This document shows positions 18,247 to 27,658 of a stretch of 64,000 bases of DNA, piece by piece. This stretch comes from Planctomycetota bacterium (lineage in GTDB: Bacteria > Planctomycetota > UBA1135 > UBA2386): positions 23,703 to 87,702 of the forward strand of contig JADJPQ010000029.1 in the NCBI GenBank assembly GCA_016713175.1, read 5' to 3'. The first letter of the stretch is position 1. Each line of letters starts with the position of its first letter. Under the pieces are notes generated by a model. It did not search any database and was not told the DNA's origin. It saw only the letters and a list, made by a program, of their open reading frames with translations. A program made the translations under genes and the position numbers.

Positions 18247-19220
18247 TCGCGCTGCTCGAGCCGGCGCGCCGCGACGGTCAGTGCTCGGGCGGGTATCGCT
18301 TTCAGGACGAGATCGGGCGCCGGCTGCTGACCAGCGGCCGCGGCCGGCAGTTGCCGCTGCTGCCGAGCGCGCTGCCGGCCGCCGCCGAGGCGGCCGCGGC
18401 GCGCGGCGAGCACCTGGTCCTGGATGGCCTGTTCGCGGCGCTGGGATGTCTGCCACCGTCGCCGCCCTATCACCTGCTGTTGCACACGCCGCTCCCGGCG
18501 GAACTCGCCGCCGCGTGGCTGCCGCGATGCCGCAGCGCGCTGGTGACCGCGCCGGGCACCGCCCGCACGCTGCCGGACAGCACCCGCGTCGCGGTGGTCG
18601 AGCCTGGGCTCGACCCGTGCTTCGTTCCGCACCCGCTACCCCGTTCGCCGGACGCGCCGATCCGACTGATCTGCGTCGGCGCGATCACCAGAACCAAGCG
18701 CCAGCTCGAACTGCTCGAACTGCTCGCCGCCGTGCGCCCGGCGACGCGGCCCATCGGGCTACGACTGCTCGGCGACACCGTCGCCGACCCCGACTACGCC
18801 GCTGCCACCACCCGGCGCGCGGCGGAACTCGGCATCGACTGCGCGTTCGCCTGCGAATCCGAGCCACGCAACGTCGCTGCCCACCTGCAGGCAGCGGATC
18901 TGTGCGTGTCGATGTCCCGCAGCGAATCGTTCGGCATGGCCGTGGCCGAGGCACTGGCTTGCGGCGTGCCGGTGCTGGCGTTCGCGACCGGTCAGTTCGC
19001 GGCCTGGATCGCGCACGAACGCAACGGCTGGCTGTTTGCTCTCGGCGACCACGCCGGCCTGGCGGCACGCCTCGCGATCCTGCTTGCCGATCCGAGCCAC
19101 CTGCTGCGCGCCAGGTCCCTGGCCCGACGACCGCCGCTACCCGACTGGAATGCCGTCACCGAACGCTTCGTCGCCGCCGTGCAGCAAGATCACCTGACCG
19201 ACCCGCCCTTGCCGACGTAA
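18243..19220 (+). CDS. GT-B glycosyltransferase (family 4-like)
   Basis: C-terminal signature SRSESFGMAVAEALACGVPVLA...NGWLF. GTG at 18243 forms a GTGA overlap with the PTPS-like stop. Confidence 0.75.
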   Translation: MIALLEPARRDGQCSGGYRFQDEIGRRLLTSGRGRQLPLLPSALPAAAEAAAARGEHLVLDGLFAALGCLPPSPPYHLLLHTPLPAELAAAWLPRCRSALVTAPGTARTLPDSTRVAVVEPGLDPCFVPHPLPRSPDAPIRLICVGAITRTKRQLELLELLAAVRPATRPIGLRLLGDTVADPDYAAATTRRAAELGIDCAFACESEPRNVAAHLQAADLCVSMSRSESFGMAVAEALACGVPVLAFATGQFAAWIAHERNGWLFALGDHAGLAARLAILLADPSHLLRARSLARRPPLPDWNAVTERFVAAVQQDHLTDPPLPT

Positions 19221-19253
19221 TGCCGGCAGCGCATCCTGCGCCCCGAACCGCAC

Positions 19254-21188
19254 ATGCCGACCCCCGCCCCGAGAGCCCTGGTGTTGTTGTTCCTGTTCGC
19301 GCCCACTGCCGCCTTGCTCGCGCAACGCGGTCGCGACGACCACGCGCGCGCACCCGGCATCCGGCCGGACGTCACGATCTTCAGTCCGTTGGACCTGCCG
19401 ACGCCCAACCAGTTCCGCACCGGCAGCGGTGCCCCGGGCCCGGCGTACTGGCAGCAGCAGGTCGACTACAAGATCGCGGTGTCGCTCGACCCGGCCACGC
19501 GCACGATCGCCGGCAAGGAGCACATCACCTACCACAACAACTCGCCGGACCCGCTCGACTACGTCTGGGTCCACCTCGAGCAGAACATCCTGCGCAAGGA
19601 CAGCATCGGCGCCCAGATCGACGGCGGCGCGGCGGTCGGCGGTCCGACCGATCACAACGACGGCATGCAGGTCGCGCTCGTGGCGAGCGGCCAGTCGGTG
19701 CTGCCGTTCACCGTCTACGACACGTTGATGCGCGTCGATCTGCTCAGCCCGCTGGCGCCGGGTGCCCGCTACGAGTTCGACATCCATTGGTCGTTCGTGG
19801 TGCCGCGCCAGGTGTTCCGCCGCTACGGCACGATGGACGTCAAGGACGGCACGATCTGGGAACTGGCGCAGTGGTTCCCGGCGGTCGCGGTCTACGACGA
19901 CGTGCACGGCTGGAACACGCTGCCCTACATCGGCACGGGCGAGTTCTACACCAACTTCGGCAACTACGATCTGCACATCACCGTGCCGCGCAATCACCTG
20001 GTGGTCGCTTCAGGTGTGCTGCAGAACAGCGAGGAGGTGTTCACCGAGACCCAGCAGCAACGGCTGGCGCAGGCGCGCCAGACCCAGGACACCGTGCTGA
20101 TCCGCGGCCCCGAAGAAGTGGCCGATCCGGCGTCACGGCCGGCCGGCGATGGGCCAGTGACCTGGAAGTTCCGCGCCCAGAACGTCCGCACGGTCGCCTG
20201 GGCGTCGTCGGAGGCATTCATCCTGGATGCCTGCACCGCCAGCACCGGCACGCTGGTGCAGTCGGCCTATGCCCGCGACTCGCTGCCGGTCTGGGGCAAG
20301 TCGACGCAGATGCTGCGGACGGCGATCGAGGGCTACAGCAAGCGCTGGTTCCCCTACCCGTATCCCGTCGCCACCAACGTCGGCGGCATCGAAGGCGGCA
20401 TGGAGTACCCGATGATCATCTTCTGCAGCGGCCAGAACCGCCGGAACGATCGCGGCCTCTACGGCGTCACCACGCACGAGATCGGGCACAACTGGTTCCC
20501 GATGCTGATCAACACCGACGAGCGGCGCCACGCGTGGATGGACGAAGGCTTCAACACGTTCATCAACAAGTACTCGACCGTCGAGTGGTTCCCGAACGCG
20601 AAGACCCCCAACCCGGGCGACTTCGCCGGCATGCTGCGCGCGCCGGGGGTGCCGATCGTGACCCACGCCGACCGGCTGAACGGCATGCAGCTCGGCCTCT
20701 TGCAGTACGAGAAGACCGGCGTCGGGCTGCAGATCCTGCGCGAATCGGTGCTCGGCGAAGAACGCTTCGACTTCGCGTTCCGCACCTACATCCGCCGCTG
20801 GGCGTTCAAGTCGCCGCAGCCGGCCGACTTCTTCCGGACCATGGAGGACGCATCCGGCCAGGATCTGGCGTGGTTCTTCCGCGGCTGGTTCCTCGAGGAC
20901 GCGCTGTTCGACCAGGCGGTGGTGTCGGTCCGGCAGGGTGATGCCGAAAAGCCGGCACGGGTGAGCTTCGAGAACCTCGAGCGGATGGTGCTGCCCCTGT
21001 CGTTCCGCGCCACGTTCGCCGACGGTCGGGTCGAGGATCGCAGGCTGCCGGTCGAGGCGTGGTTCCAGTCGGATCGACTGACCGTGACGCTCGAGCAGCC
21101 AGGCGAGGTCAAGGAGATCAAGGTCGACCCGAACCGTCGCCTGCCCGACATCAAGCGCGACAACAACAGCTGGCAGGCGGGCAACTGA
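19254..21188 (+). CDS. M1-family zinc metallopeptidase, secreted
   Basis: HEIGHNWF...WMDEGFNTF (HExxH plus a distal E). Signal peptide MPTPAPRALVLLFLFAPTAALLAQ. Confidence 0.85.
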   Translation: MPTPAPRALVLLFLFAPTAALLAQRGRDDHARAPGIRPDVTIFSPLDLPTPNQFRTGSGAPGPAYWQQQVDYKIAVSLDPATRTIAGKEHITYHNNSPDPLDYVWVHLEQNILRKDSIGAQIDGGAAVGGPTDHNDGMQVALVASGQSVLPFTVYDTLMRVDLLSPLAPGARYEFDIHWSFVVPRQVFRRYGTMDVKDGTIWELAQWFPAVAVYDDVHGWNTLPYIGTGEFYTNFGNYDLHITVPRNHLVVASGVLQNSEEVFTETQQQRLAQARQTQDTVLIRGPEEVADPASRPAGDGPVTWKFRAQNVRTVAWASSEAFILDACTASTGTLVQSAYARDSLPVWGKSTQMLRTAIEGYSKRWFPYPYPVATNVGGIEGGMEYPMIIFCSGQNRRNDRGLYGVTTHEIGHNWFPMLINTDERRHAWMDEGFNTFINKYSTVEWFPNAKTPNPGDFAGMLRAPGVPIVTHADRLNGMQLGLLQYEKTGVGLQILRESVLGEERFDFAFRTYIRRWAFKSPQPADFFRTMEDASGQDLAWFFRGWFLEDALFDQAVVSVRQGDAEKPARVSFENLERMVLPLSFRATFADGRVEDRRLPVEAWFQSDRLTVTLEQPGEVKEIKVDPNRRLPDIKRDNNSWQAGN

Positions 21189-21314
21189 CACGACCCCTGG
21201 AGGGTGATTGCGCACAGCCGTATCTATTTGGGAATACAGGACTTGTCACGTTCTTGCGAAGGAGGATCGGTGTTGCCCGCCGGTGAAACGCGCAGCACCT
21301 ACACTGGGTGAACC

Positions 21315-23183
21315 ATGCCCATTCCCACCCGTCTCGGTGCCGGGGCGCTGCTGCTCGCAGCGCTGCCCGCGCAGTCTTTTGCTGACCTCACGACCGCCAC
21401 ACCACTCGCCGGTGTGCCACTCTGCAGCGTTGCAACCGGTTGCGGCCTCGCGGCCGGCGACTTCGATCGCGACGGCGATCAGGACCTCGTCGTTCCCGGC
21501 AATCCCGGCCAGACGATCCGCTACTTCCGCAACGACGGCGCCTTCGTCCTGACCGACGAGAGCGCCGGCTGCGGCCTCGGCAACGCCGCGACCGCGCGCG
21601 GCTGCGCCGTCGGTGACGTCGACAACGATGGCGATCTCGACCTGTTCATCGCCAACTGGCGGTCGGCGTCCAGCCTGTTCCTGAACGACGGTTCCGGGCA
21701 CTTCACCGAAGTGGCCGCGGCCCGCGGCATCACCCACAACCGGTCGTCGTTCTCGTGCAACTTCGGCGACTACGACCGCGATGGCTGGCTCGACCTGTAC
21801 ATCGGCAATCACTACGGGCCGAGCACGGTGCAGGAGCCCAACATCCTGTACCGCAACTCCGGCCATGGCCACTTCGTCGACGTCACCACGGCCGCAGGGG
21901 TCGGCGACCTGGCCCCGACCTTCGCGTCGGCGTTCATGGACTACGACGAAGACGGCTGGCCGGACATCCTGACCATCAACGACAAGGGCCGGTTGCCGGT
22001 GCTGCCGACCCACCTGTACCGCAACAACCGCAACGGCACGTTCACCGAGATCGGCGCCAGCGTCGGCGCCGACTTCTTCATCGACGGCATGGGTCTCGAC
22101 TTCACCGACGCGTTCAACGACGGCGGTGTCGACTTCTATGCCAGCGACACGCCGCCGGATCACCTGTTCGCGGTCTGGAACCCGGCCACCGGTCGCTATG
22201 TCGATGCGACCAGCCGCTTCGGCATGTTGGCCAACACGCCGGCCGGTTGGGCCTGCAACTTCTTCGACTACGACAACGACGGCTGGCAGGACGTGCACAT
22301 CGTGCACATGATCACGGCCAACCACGTGTTCCGGAATCCCGGCGCACCGGCCGCCGCGAACGTGCCGTGGGCGAACGTCGCGAGCACCATCGGCCTGGCA
22401 CAGCCATGGGAGCAGTTCGTCACGCTGCTGGCCGACTTCGACAATGACGGCGGCATCGATGTCTGCGACCGGTATCAGGTCAGCGGGCCGACGACCCAGG
22501 CGCCGCGCGGGCTCGGCCTGCTGCGCAACCAGGTGGTCCGCGGCAACTGGTTGAAGTTCGCCACGGTCGGCACGGTCTCCAACCGCGACGGCATCGGCGC
22601 GCGGGTCGACGTGATCACCGGCAATCAGCGGCAACGGCAATGGGTCCGCAGCGGCACCGGCTTCCTCGGTTCGTCCGACCTGCGCGTGCACTTCGGACTC
22701 GGCACCGCGATGCACGCCGACCACGTCGAGATCACCTGGCCGTCGGGTCAGGTGCAGCACCTGACGCACGTCGCGGCCAACCAGATCGTCACCGTCACCG
22801 AGCCGAAGTTCGCGCTGCGGGCGCCGGCCACCGTCGGCGGCAGCACCGCGCTCGATCTGGCGATCGCCAGCGACGCCGGCCTCGCCTACGCGATGGCGCT
22901 GGCACTGACCGACCAACCGCGCACGGGGTTGCCTGATGGCCGTTTCCTGCCGCTGACGTTCGATGCGCTGTCGATCCTGACTCTGGCTCCGGGCAACGCG
23001 GTGCTGCCGGGTTGCCAGGGCATCCTCGATGCGCAGGGTGCGGCCAGTTCGGCGTTGCATGTGCCGTCGCTGCCGATCCTGCACGGGATGACCATCTACG
23101 CGACGGCGGTGACGTTCGATCCGCCCCACTTCCCGGTGGTCAAGACCCTGTTCCCCGAGCCGGTCCGGATCGCGTTGCCGTAG
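21315..23183 (+). CDS. FG-GAP repeat / ASPIC-UnbV (CRTAC1-like) secreted protein with the recurrent C-terminal domain
   Basis: Repeated DxDxDGxxD(L/I) blades. UnbV-like NRDGIGARVDV...GTGFLGSSDLRVHFGLG. Signal peptide LLLAALPAQS. Confidence 0.85.
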   Translation: MPIPTRLGAGALLLAALPAQSFADLTTATPLAGVPLCSVATGCGLAAGDFDRDGDQDLVVPGNPGQTIRYFRNDGAFVLTDESAGCGLGNAATARGCAVGDVDNDGDLDLFIANWRSASSLFLNDGSGHFTEVAAARGITHNRSSFSCNFGDYDRDGWLDLYIGNHYGPSTVQEPNILYRNSGHGHFVDVTTAAGVGDLAPTFASAFMDYDEDGWPDILTINDKGRLPVLPTHLYRNNRNGTFTEIGASVGADFFIDGMGLDFTDAFNDGGVDFYASDTPPDHLFAVWNPATGRYVDATSRFGMLANTPAGWACNFFDYDNDGWQDVHIVHMITANHVFRNPGAPAAANVPWANVASTIGLAQPWEQFVTLLADFDNDGGIDVCDRYQVSGPTTQAPRGLGLLRNQVVRGNWLKFATVGTVSNRDGIGARVDVITGNQRQRQWVRSGTGFLGSSDLRVHFGLGTAMHADHVEITWPSGQVQHLTHVAANQIVTVTEPKFALRAPATVGGSTALDLAIASDAGLAYAMALALTDQPRTGLPDGRFLPLTFDALSILTLAPGNAVLPGCQGILDAQGAASSALHVPSLPILHGMTIYATAVTFDPPHFPVVKTLFPEPVRIALP

Positions 23184-23339
23184 TCACGGCACGACGATCC
23201 GCACCGCCGGCGGCGCGGCGGCCGCGGCTCGATGACATCAGGGAAACGCCGCGGGCGGCGTTCCGTCACCGCCGCGGCGTGGCGCGAACGCTGTCCGCCG
23301 CCGCCGACCCTCGTCGCTCCTTCGGGTGGAACCAAGACC

Positions 23340-24407
23340 ATGAACTCCACCCGCTTCACGCGTTCCCTCCTGCTGGCCATCGCCAGCCTCCCCACCACCC
23401 TGGCCGCGCAACGCCTGGTCGCCATCGACGCCAACGGCACGTTGGCAGTCGTCGACAAGGCCACCGGAGCGTTGATCCCCGGCGCCAACGTGATTCCCGC
23501 AGTCGGCACGACGTCCGGCATGGCCCGCGACCTCGTGAGCGGCACCGCCTGGGTGATCTCCAGCACCAGCGATGCGCTTTACACCCTCGACCTCCCGTCC
23601 GGCAACACCGCCCTGGTCGGTCCGTTCGGCGACCCGGCTTTCGTCATGCACGGCCTCGAATGGGACGGCAGCAGCCAGACCCTGTTCGCCACGTCAGCGC
23701 ACAACGGCGGCCTCTATCGTCTGGACACCACGACCGGGGCGGCGACGCTGATCGGCCTGACCAGCCTGCCCGGCTTCCTGAACCTCGCCTACGACGCCGC
23801 CGATGACGTGATGTTCCTGACCTCGTCGGGCACCGACGCGCTGTACACCGTCGACCGGGCCACCGGTGCGGTGACCGGCGTCGGGCCGCTCAGCGGACCG
23901 CCCAGCATCAACGGACTCGCCTGGGACAGCGACCTCGACATCCTGTGGGGTGTCGACAACATCCAGGATCAGTTGTTCGCCATCGACCAGCGCACCGGCC
24001 GCGCGCTGTCGATCGGCGCAACCGCCGGCAACCTGCTCGGCCTGTGCTACGTCCCGGGCGGCAACGCCAGTGTCGTGCGGCACGAACACGGCTGCGGCAA
24101 CACCACGATCGTCGTGACCGGCACCCCGCGACCCGGTGGCGTCGTGCACACGCGTCTGGGCAATGCCGCCGGCGTGCCGCTGATCGGCCTGGGGCTCCTG
24201 CCGACGAACACGCCATTCTGCACCTGCACGATCGGCCACGAGTGGTCGGCCTCGTTCTTCGGCAACGCCAACATGCTGGCCGTGCCGCCGGGCCCGGCGT
24301 TCGTCGGCGTCAGCTTCGCGGTGCAGGGTGCCGCGGTGTTCGCGCCTGGAGGCTGCGCCGATCCGATGGTGAACCTGACCGACACGCTGGTCGTCACGAT
24401 CGGCTGA
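23340..24407 (+). CDS. Secreted repeat (beta-propeller-like) protein with the recurrent C-terminal domain
   Basis: ATG at 23340 gives the signal MNSTRFTRSLLLAIASLPTTLAAQ. Periodic ALYTLD, GLYRLD, ALYTVD and QLFAID motifs. C-terminus begins HGCGNTT. Confidence 0.6.
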   Translation: MNSTRFTRSLLLAIASLPTTLAAQRLVAIDANGTLAVVDKATGALIPGANVIPAVGTTSGMARDLVSGTAWVISSTSDALYTLDLPSGNTALVGPFGDPAFVMHGLEWDGSSQTLFATSAHNGGLYRLDTTTGAATLIGLTSLPGFLNLAYDAADDVMFLTSSGTDALYTVDRATGAVTGVGPLSGPPSINGLAWDSDLDILWGVDNIQDQLFAIDQRTGRALSIGATAGNLLGLCYVPGGNASVVRHEHGCGNTTIVVTGTPRPGGVVHTRLGNAAGVPLIGLGLLPTNTPFCTCTIGHEWSASFFGNANMLAVPPGPAFVGVSFAVQGAAVFAPGGCADPMVNLTDTLVVTIG

Positions 24408-25268
24408 TCAGGCGCCGAGCAACCCCCAGATCGCGACCAGGCTCAGCACATCGAGCCGGTTGTGTTCGAGCACGCGGTCGATCGGCCCGGTGCCATCGCG
24501 GATCCAATCGAAGAACGCGGCCGGCGCTTCGCTGCCCGGCAAGTCGTCGTCGCGCCACAGGCCGAGCTTGCATTCCTCGACGGTGCGCAGCCGGACGTCA
24601 CTGAGTTCCTTGCCCCACTGCCGCCGCGCGATGTGGTACAGGTCGAGATGGCGCTCGGTCAGCACCGGCGCCACCTGCTTGTGCACGAGCAGGCGCGCGG
24701 CGATCCGATGGCGATCGAAGCTCTTGCCGACGAACGTCACCGGCACCGGCCGCGCTGCCAGGTGCTCGGCAAACCACGACAGCAACGCCGGCTCCTCGCC
24801 GAAGTCGCGCAGGAACGCCTGCTCGAGCACGACGCCGTCGGTGGTCAGGAAGGCGACGCCGAACGCGAACACGACGGTGCCGGCGCCGCCGGCGAGTCCG
24901 GTGGTTTCGGTGTCGAGGAACAGCACGCGATCCTGCTGCACGGCCGCAGGATCCGCGAGTCGGCCAAGCGCCGCGACCCGCGCCGGATCGGCATCGCGCG
25001 CCGCCGCCAGCGAACGTTCGCCATGCGGATGCGACCACGGATAGCACAGCCGCCGCCGCCACAAGGGCCCGTGCGGCGTGACGATCTCCTCGCCGGCCGG
25101 TAGCGCCACCTTGCTGCGTGGCTTGACGAAGCCGGCGAAGCGCCGCTGCAGGAACGCACGGACTTCCGGGCGCGAAGCGTCGGCCGGCGGCGCGGCCTCC
25201 GGTGGCGGCACCGTGCGATCCTGGACCTTGAACACCCGCCGCAGCTTGTCGCGATCAGGCGCCACCAT
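24408..25268 (-). CDS. RNase H-fold exonuclease, MrfB/YprB-like
   Basis: VLFLDTETTGLAGGAGT (DEDD-type Exo I motif), then HNRLDVLSL near the C-terminus. ATG at 25268 overlaps the helicase stop by 1 nt (TGATG). Confidence 0.7.
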   Translation of the reverse strand: MVAPDRDKLRRVFKVQDRTVPPPEAAPPADASRPEVRAFLQRRFAGFVKPRSKVALPAGEEIVTPHGPLWRRRLCYPWSHPHGERSLAAARDADPARVAALGRLADPAAVQQDRVLFLDTETTGLAGGAGTVVFAFGVAFLTTDGVVLEQAFLRDFGEEPALLSWFAEHLAARPVPVTFVGKSFDRHRIAARLLVHKQVAPVLTERHLDLYHIARRQWGKELSDVRLRTVEECKLGLWRDDDLPGSEAPAAFFDWIRDGTGPIDRVLEHNRLDVLSLVAIWGLLGA

Positions 25269-27553
25269 CAGCGGGACTCCGCCAGCATCGCCCGCAGGAT
25301 GGCGACCGCCACGCTCTTGCTGCGGTTGCCCAGGCTCGGCGCCGGACCGATGCAGCCCGGACACCCGCTGCGGCAGCGACACTTCTCGGCAACGCCGAGT
25401 GCGGCGCGCAGGATCTCGCGGTGCGTGTGGAACAGCCGTTCGGCCAGACCGACGCCGCACGGCACGCGGTCGTACAGCACCAACGTCGGCGCCTCGAAGT
25501 GCGGGTGCAGCACCTCGGCCAGCACCCGGACATCACCCGGATCGACATGCAGGAACAACGGCACCAGCCCCTGCAGCAATTCGCCGACGCCGTGCAGGCA
25601 GCTCGCCTCGCCACCGCGCTGCAGCCCCAGTCGCGCGACCAATTCGGGCCGCAACGCCAGCGCGCACGCTTCGGTGTCGAACTCCTCCGGCGGCAGGTTG
25701 ATGTCGCCGATGCCGACGTTCTCGCGCGAGTAGAACTTGATCTTCTTGAACGCCTTGGCGAGCGTGCTGACGTGCACTTCGCCGCGGTGCGCGTCGTAGC
25801 CGGCATGTGGCTGCGTCTCGTCGATGCGCAGCACCCGCACCTCGGTCTCGGTGTCGGCTTCGGTGTAGTAGTCGGCATCGACCTTGCGGACGAACGCGCG
25901 CCGGTCGTGCCAGTCGAGCCGCTCGACCAGATACGTCTCGCCCTGCAGACCGTAGATCGCGCCCTGGTGCACCTCGACGATCGCCGACGGCCGATCGATC
26001 TCGGCCAGCACCTTCCGCGACTCGACGTCCTGGATGGTCACGTTGTCCAGATCGGCGGCGTTCAGGCTGACACCCTCCGCCGGATAGGTGTCACTGGCGT
26101 AGTGCCAACGGCCGCCCTGGTGCACCAGCACGCCGAGATCCTGCGCCAGAAACGTCAGCACGTCGGCGACGCCGGGCGCCTGGCCGAAGCCATCGCCGTC
26201 GGCAAACGGCAGTTCGAACGCCGCACAGCGCACGTGGTTGGTCAGGATGATGGCGTTGTCCGGATCGATCGACACCTGTTCGCGCGGCGCATCGAACAGG
26301 TAGCCCGGATCGTGCATCAGGTACTGGTCCATCGCCGCCGAACGCGCGACGAACACCACGGCGCTCTCCTGCGTCCGCCGCCCGACGCGGCCGGCGCGCT
26401 GGAACGTCGAACTGACGGTGCCGGGGTAGCCGACCAGCACGCAGACATCGAGGCTGCCGATGTCGACGCCGAGTTCGAGCGCGCTGGTCGACACCACCGT
26501 CTTGATGCTGCCGTCCCGCAAGCCGCGTTCGATCTTGCGCCGCAGCTCCGGCAGGTAACCGCCGCGATAGCCGGCGACCTGCTGCTGGTCGACGTGGCGC
26601 TTGCCGGCTTCGTCGCGCAGGTATTTCAGCAGCACCTCGGTGCCATTGCGCGAGCGGGCGAAGAAGATCGTCTGCAGGCCGCTCTGCAGCAGTTCGCCGC
26701 CGAGCTGCCGCGCCGCTTCGCTGGCCGGCACCCGCAGTCCCGAGGCCTCGCTGAGCAACCGCGGATTCAGGAACAGGAAGTGCTTGGCGCCACGCGGCGA
26801 ACCGTCCTCGTCGACGACCTCGACCGGCCGTTCGAACAGCCGCTTGCCGTGTTCGCCGGGATTGCTGATCGTCGCCGACGCCCCGCAGAACACCGGGTTG
26901 CTGCCGTAGTGCCGGCAGATGCGCTGCAACCGCCGCAACACGTTGGCGACGTGCGAACCGTAGATGCCCGACAGCGTGTGCAGTTCGTCGACGACGATGG
27001 TGCGCAGACCGGCGAACAGGCCCTGCCACTTGGTGTGGTTGGGCAGGATGCCGGCATGCAGCATGTGCGGGTTGGTCAGCACCAGCGCGCCGCGGTCGCG
27101 CAGCGCCTGGCGGATCGGCGGCGGCGTATCGCCATCGTAGACGGCGACAGTCAGGTCCGGCCGACCGACGCCGAGCAGCAGCCGTTCGAGTTCGGCCATC
27201 TGGTCGCGGGCCAGCGCCTTGGTCGGAAACACGTAGAGAGCGCGCGCGTCGAGGCCTTCGCGCACGAGGCCATCGAGCACTGGCAGGTGATAGCACAACG
27301 ACTTGCCCGACGCCGTGCCGGTGGCGACGACCACGTCGCGCCGCGCGTGCAGCAGGTCGGCGGCCTGGCGCTGGTGCGAATACAATTCGACGATGCCGCG
27401 CGCCTCGACCGCGGATTTCAGCCGCGGCTCGACCCAGTCGGGGAACGGTTGCAGCCGCGCCGGCCGCGGCGGCTGCCGATGGCAGGCTTCGACCACGCCC
27501 GGCGGCTCGCCCTCACCCGCACGCAACTTGCGTACGAAGTCACTCAGGTCCAT
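25268..27553 (-). CDS. DEAD/DEAH-box helicase with a C-terminal DUF1998-type Cys4 domain, MrfA/YprA-like
   Basis: Walker A TGTASGKS and motif II VVDELH, with helicase C motifs. C-terminus CRCRSGCPGC. ATG at 27553 (GTG at 27580 is an alternative). Confidence 0.85.
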   Translation of the reverse strand: MDLSDFVRKLRAGEGEPPGVVEACHRQPPRPARLQPFPDWVEPRLKSAVEARGIVELYSHQRQAADLLHARRDVVVATGTASGKSLCYHLPVLDGLVREGLDARALYVFPTKALARDQMAELERLLLGVGRPDLTVAVYDGDTPPPIRQALRDRGALVLTNPHMLHAGILPNHTKWQGLFAGLRTIVVDELHTLSGIYGSHVANVLRRLQRICRHYGSNPVFCGASATISNPGEHGKRLFERPVEVVDEDGSPRGAKHFLFLNPRLLSEASGLRVPASEAARQLGGELLQSGLQTIFFARSRNGTEVLLKYLRDEAGKRHVDQQQVAGYRGGYLPELRRKIERGLRDGSIKTVVSTSALELGVDIGSLDVCVLVGYPGTVSSTFQRAGRVGRRTQESAVVFVARSAAMDQYLMHDPGYLFDAPREQVSIDPDNAIILTNHVRCAAFELPFADGDGFGQAPGVADVLTFLAQDLGVLVHQGGRWHYASDTYPAEGVSLNAADLDNVTIQDVESRKVLAEIDRPSAIVEVHQGAIYGLQGETYLVERLDWHDRRAFVRKVDADYYTEADTETEVRVLRIDETQPHAGYDAHRGEVHVSTLAKAFKKIKFYSRENVGIGDINLPPEEFDTEACALALRPELVARLGLQRGGEASCLHGVGELLQGLVPLFLHVDPGDVRVLAEVLHPHFEAPTLVLYDRVPCGVGLAERLFHTHREILRAALGVAEKCRCRSGCPGCIGPAPSLGNRSKSVAVAILRAMLAESR

Positions 27554-27658
27554 GTCCGGACCTCCGCGAACCAGTACCACCCATGGCGACGCATGCTACG
27601 CCCCCCGGCCCATCGGCGACACATCGCGCCGACCTGATGCGGTCGGTATCGTGCACCG

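Noticed and set aside
24408-27553. Helicase (DUF1998) plus nuclease as a DISARM/Druantia-type defence system
   Set aside because: No methyltransferase, PLD or other partner genes are adjacent. The two-gene architecture matches the MrfAB repair pair better. It is kept only as an open question.
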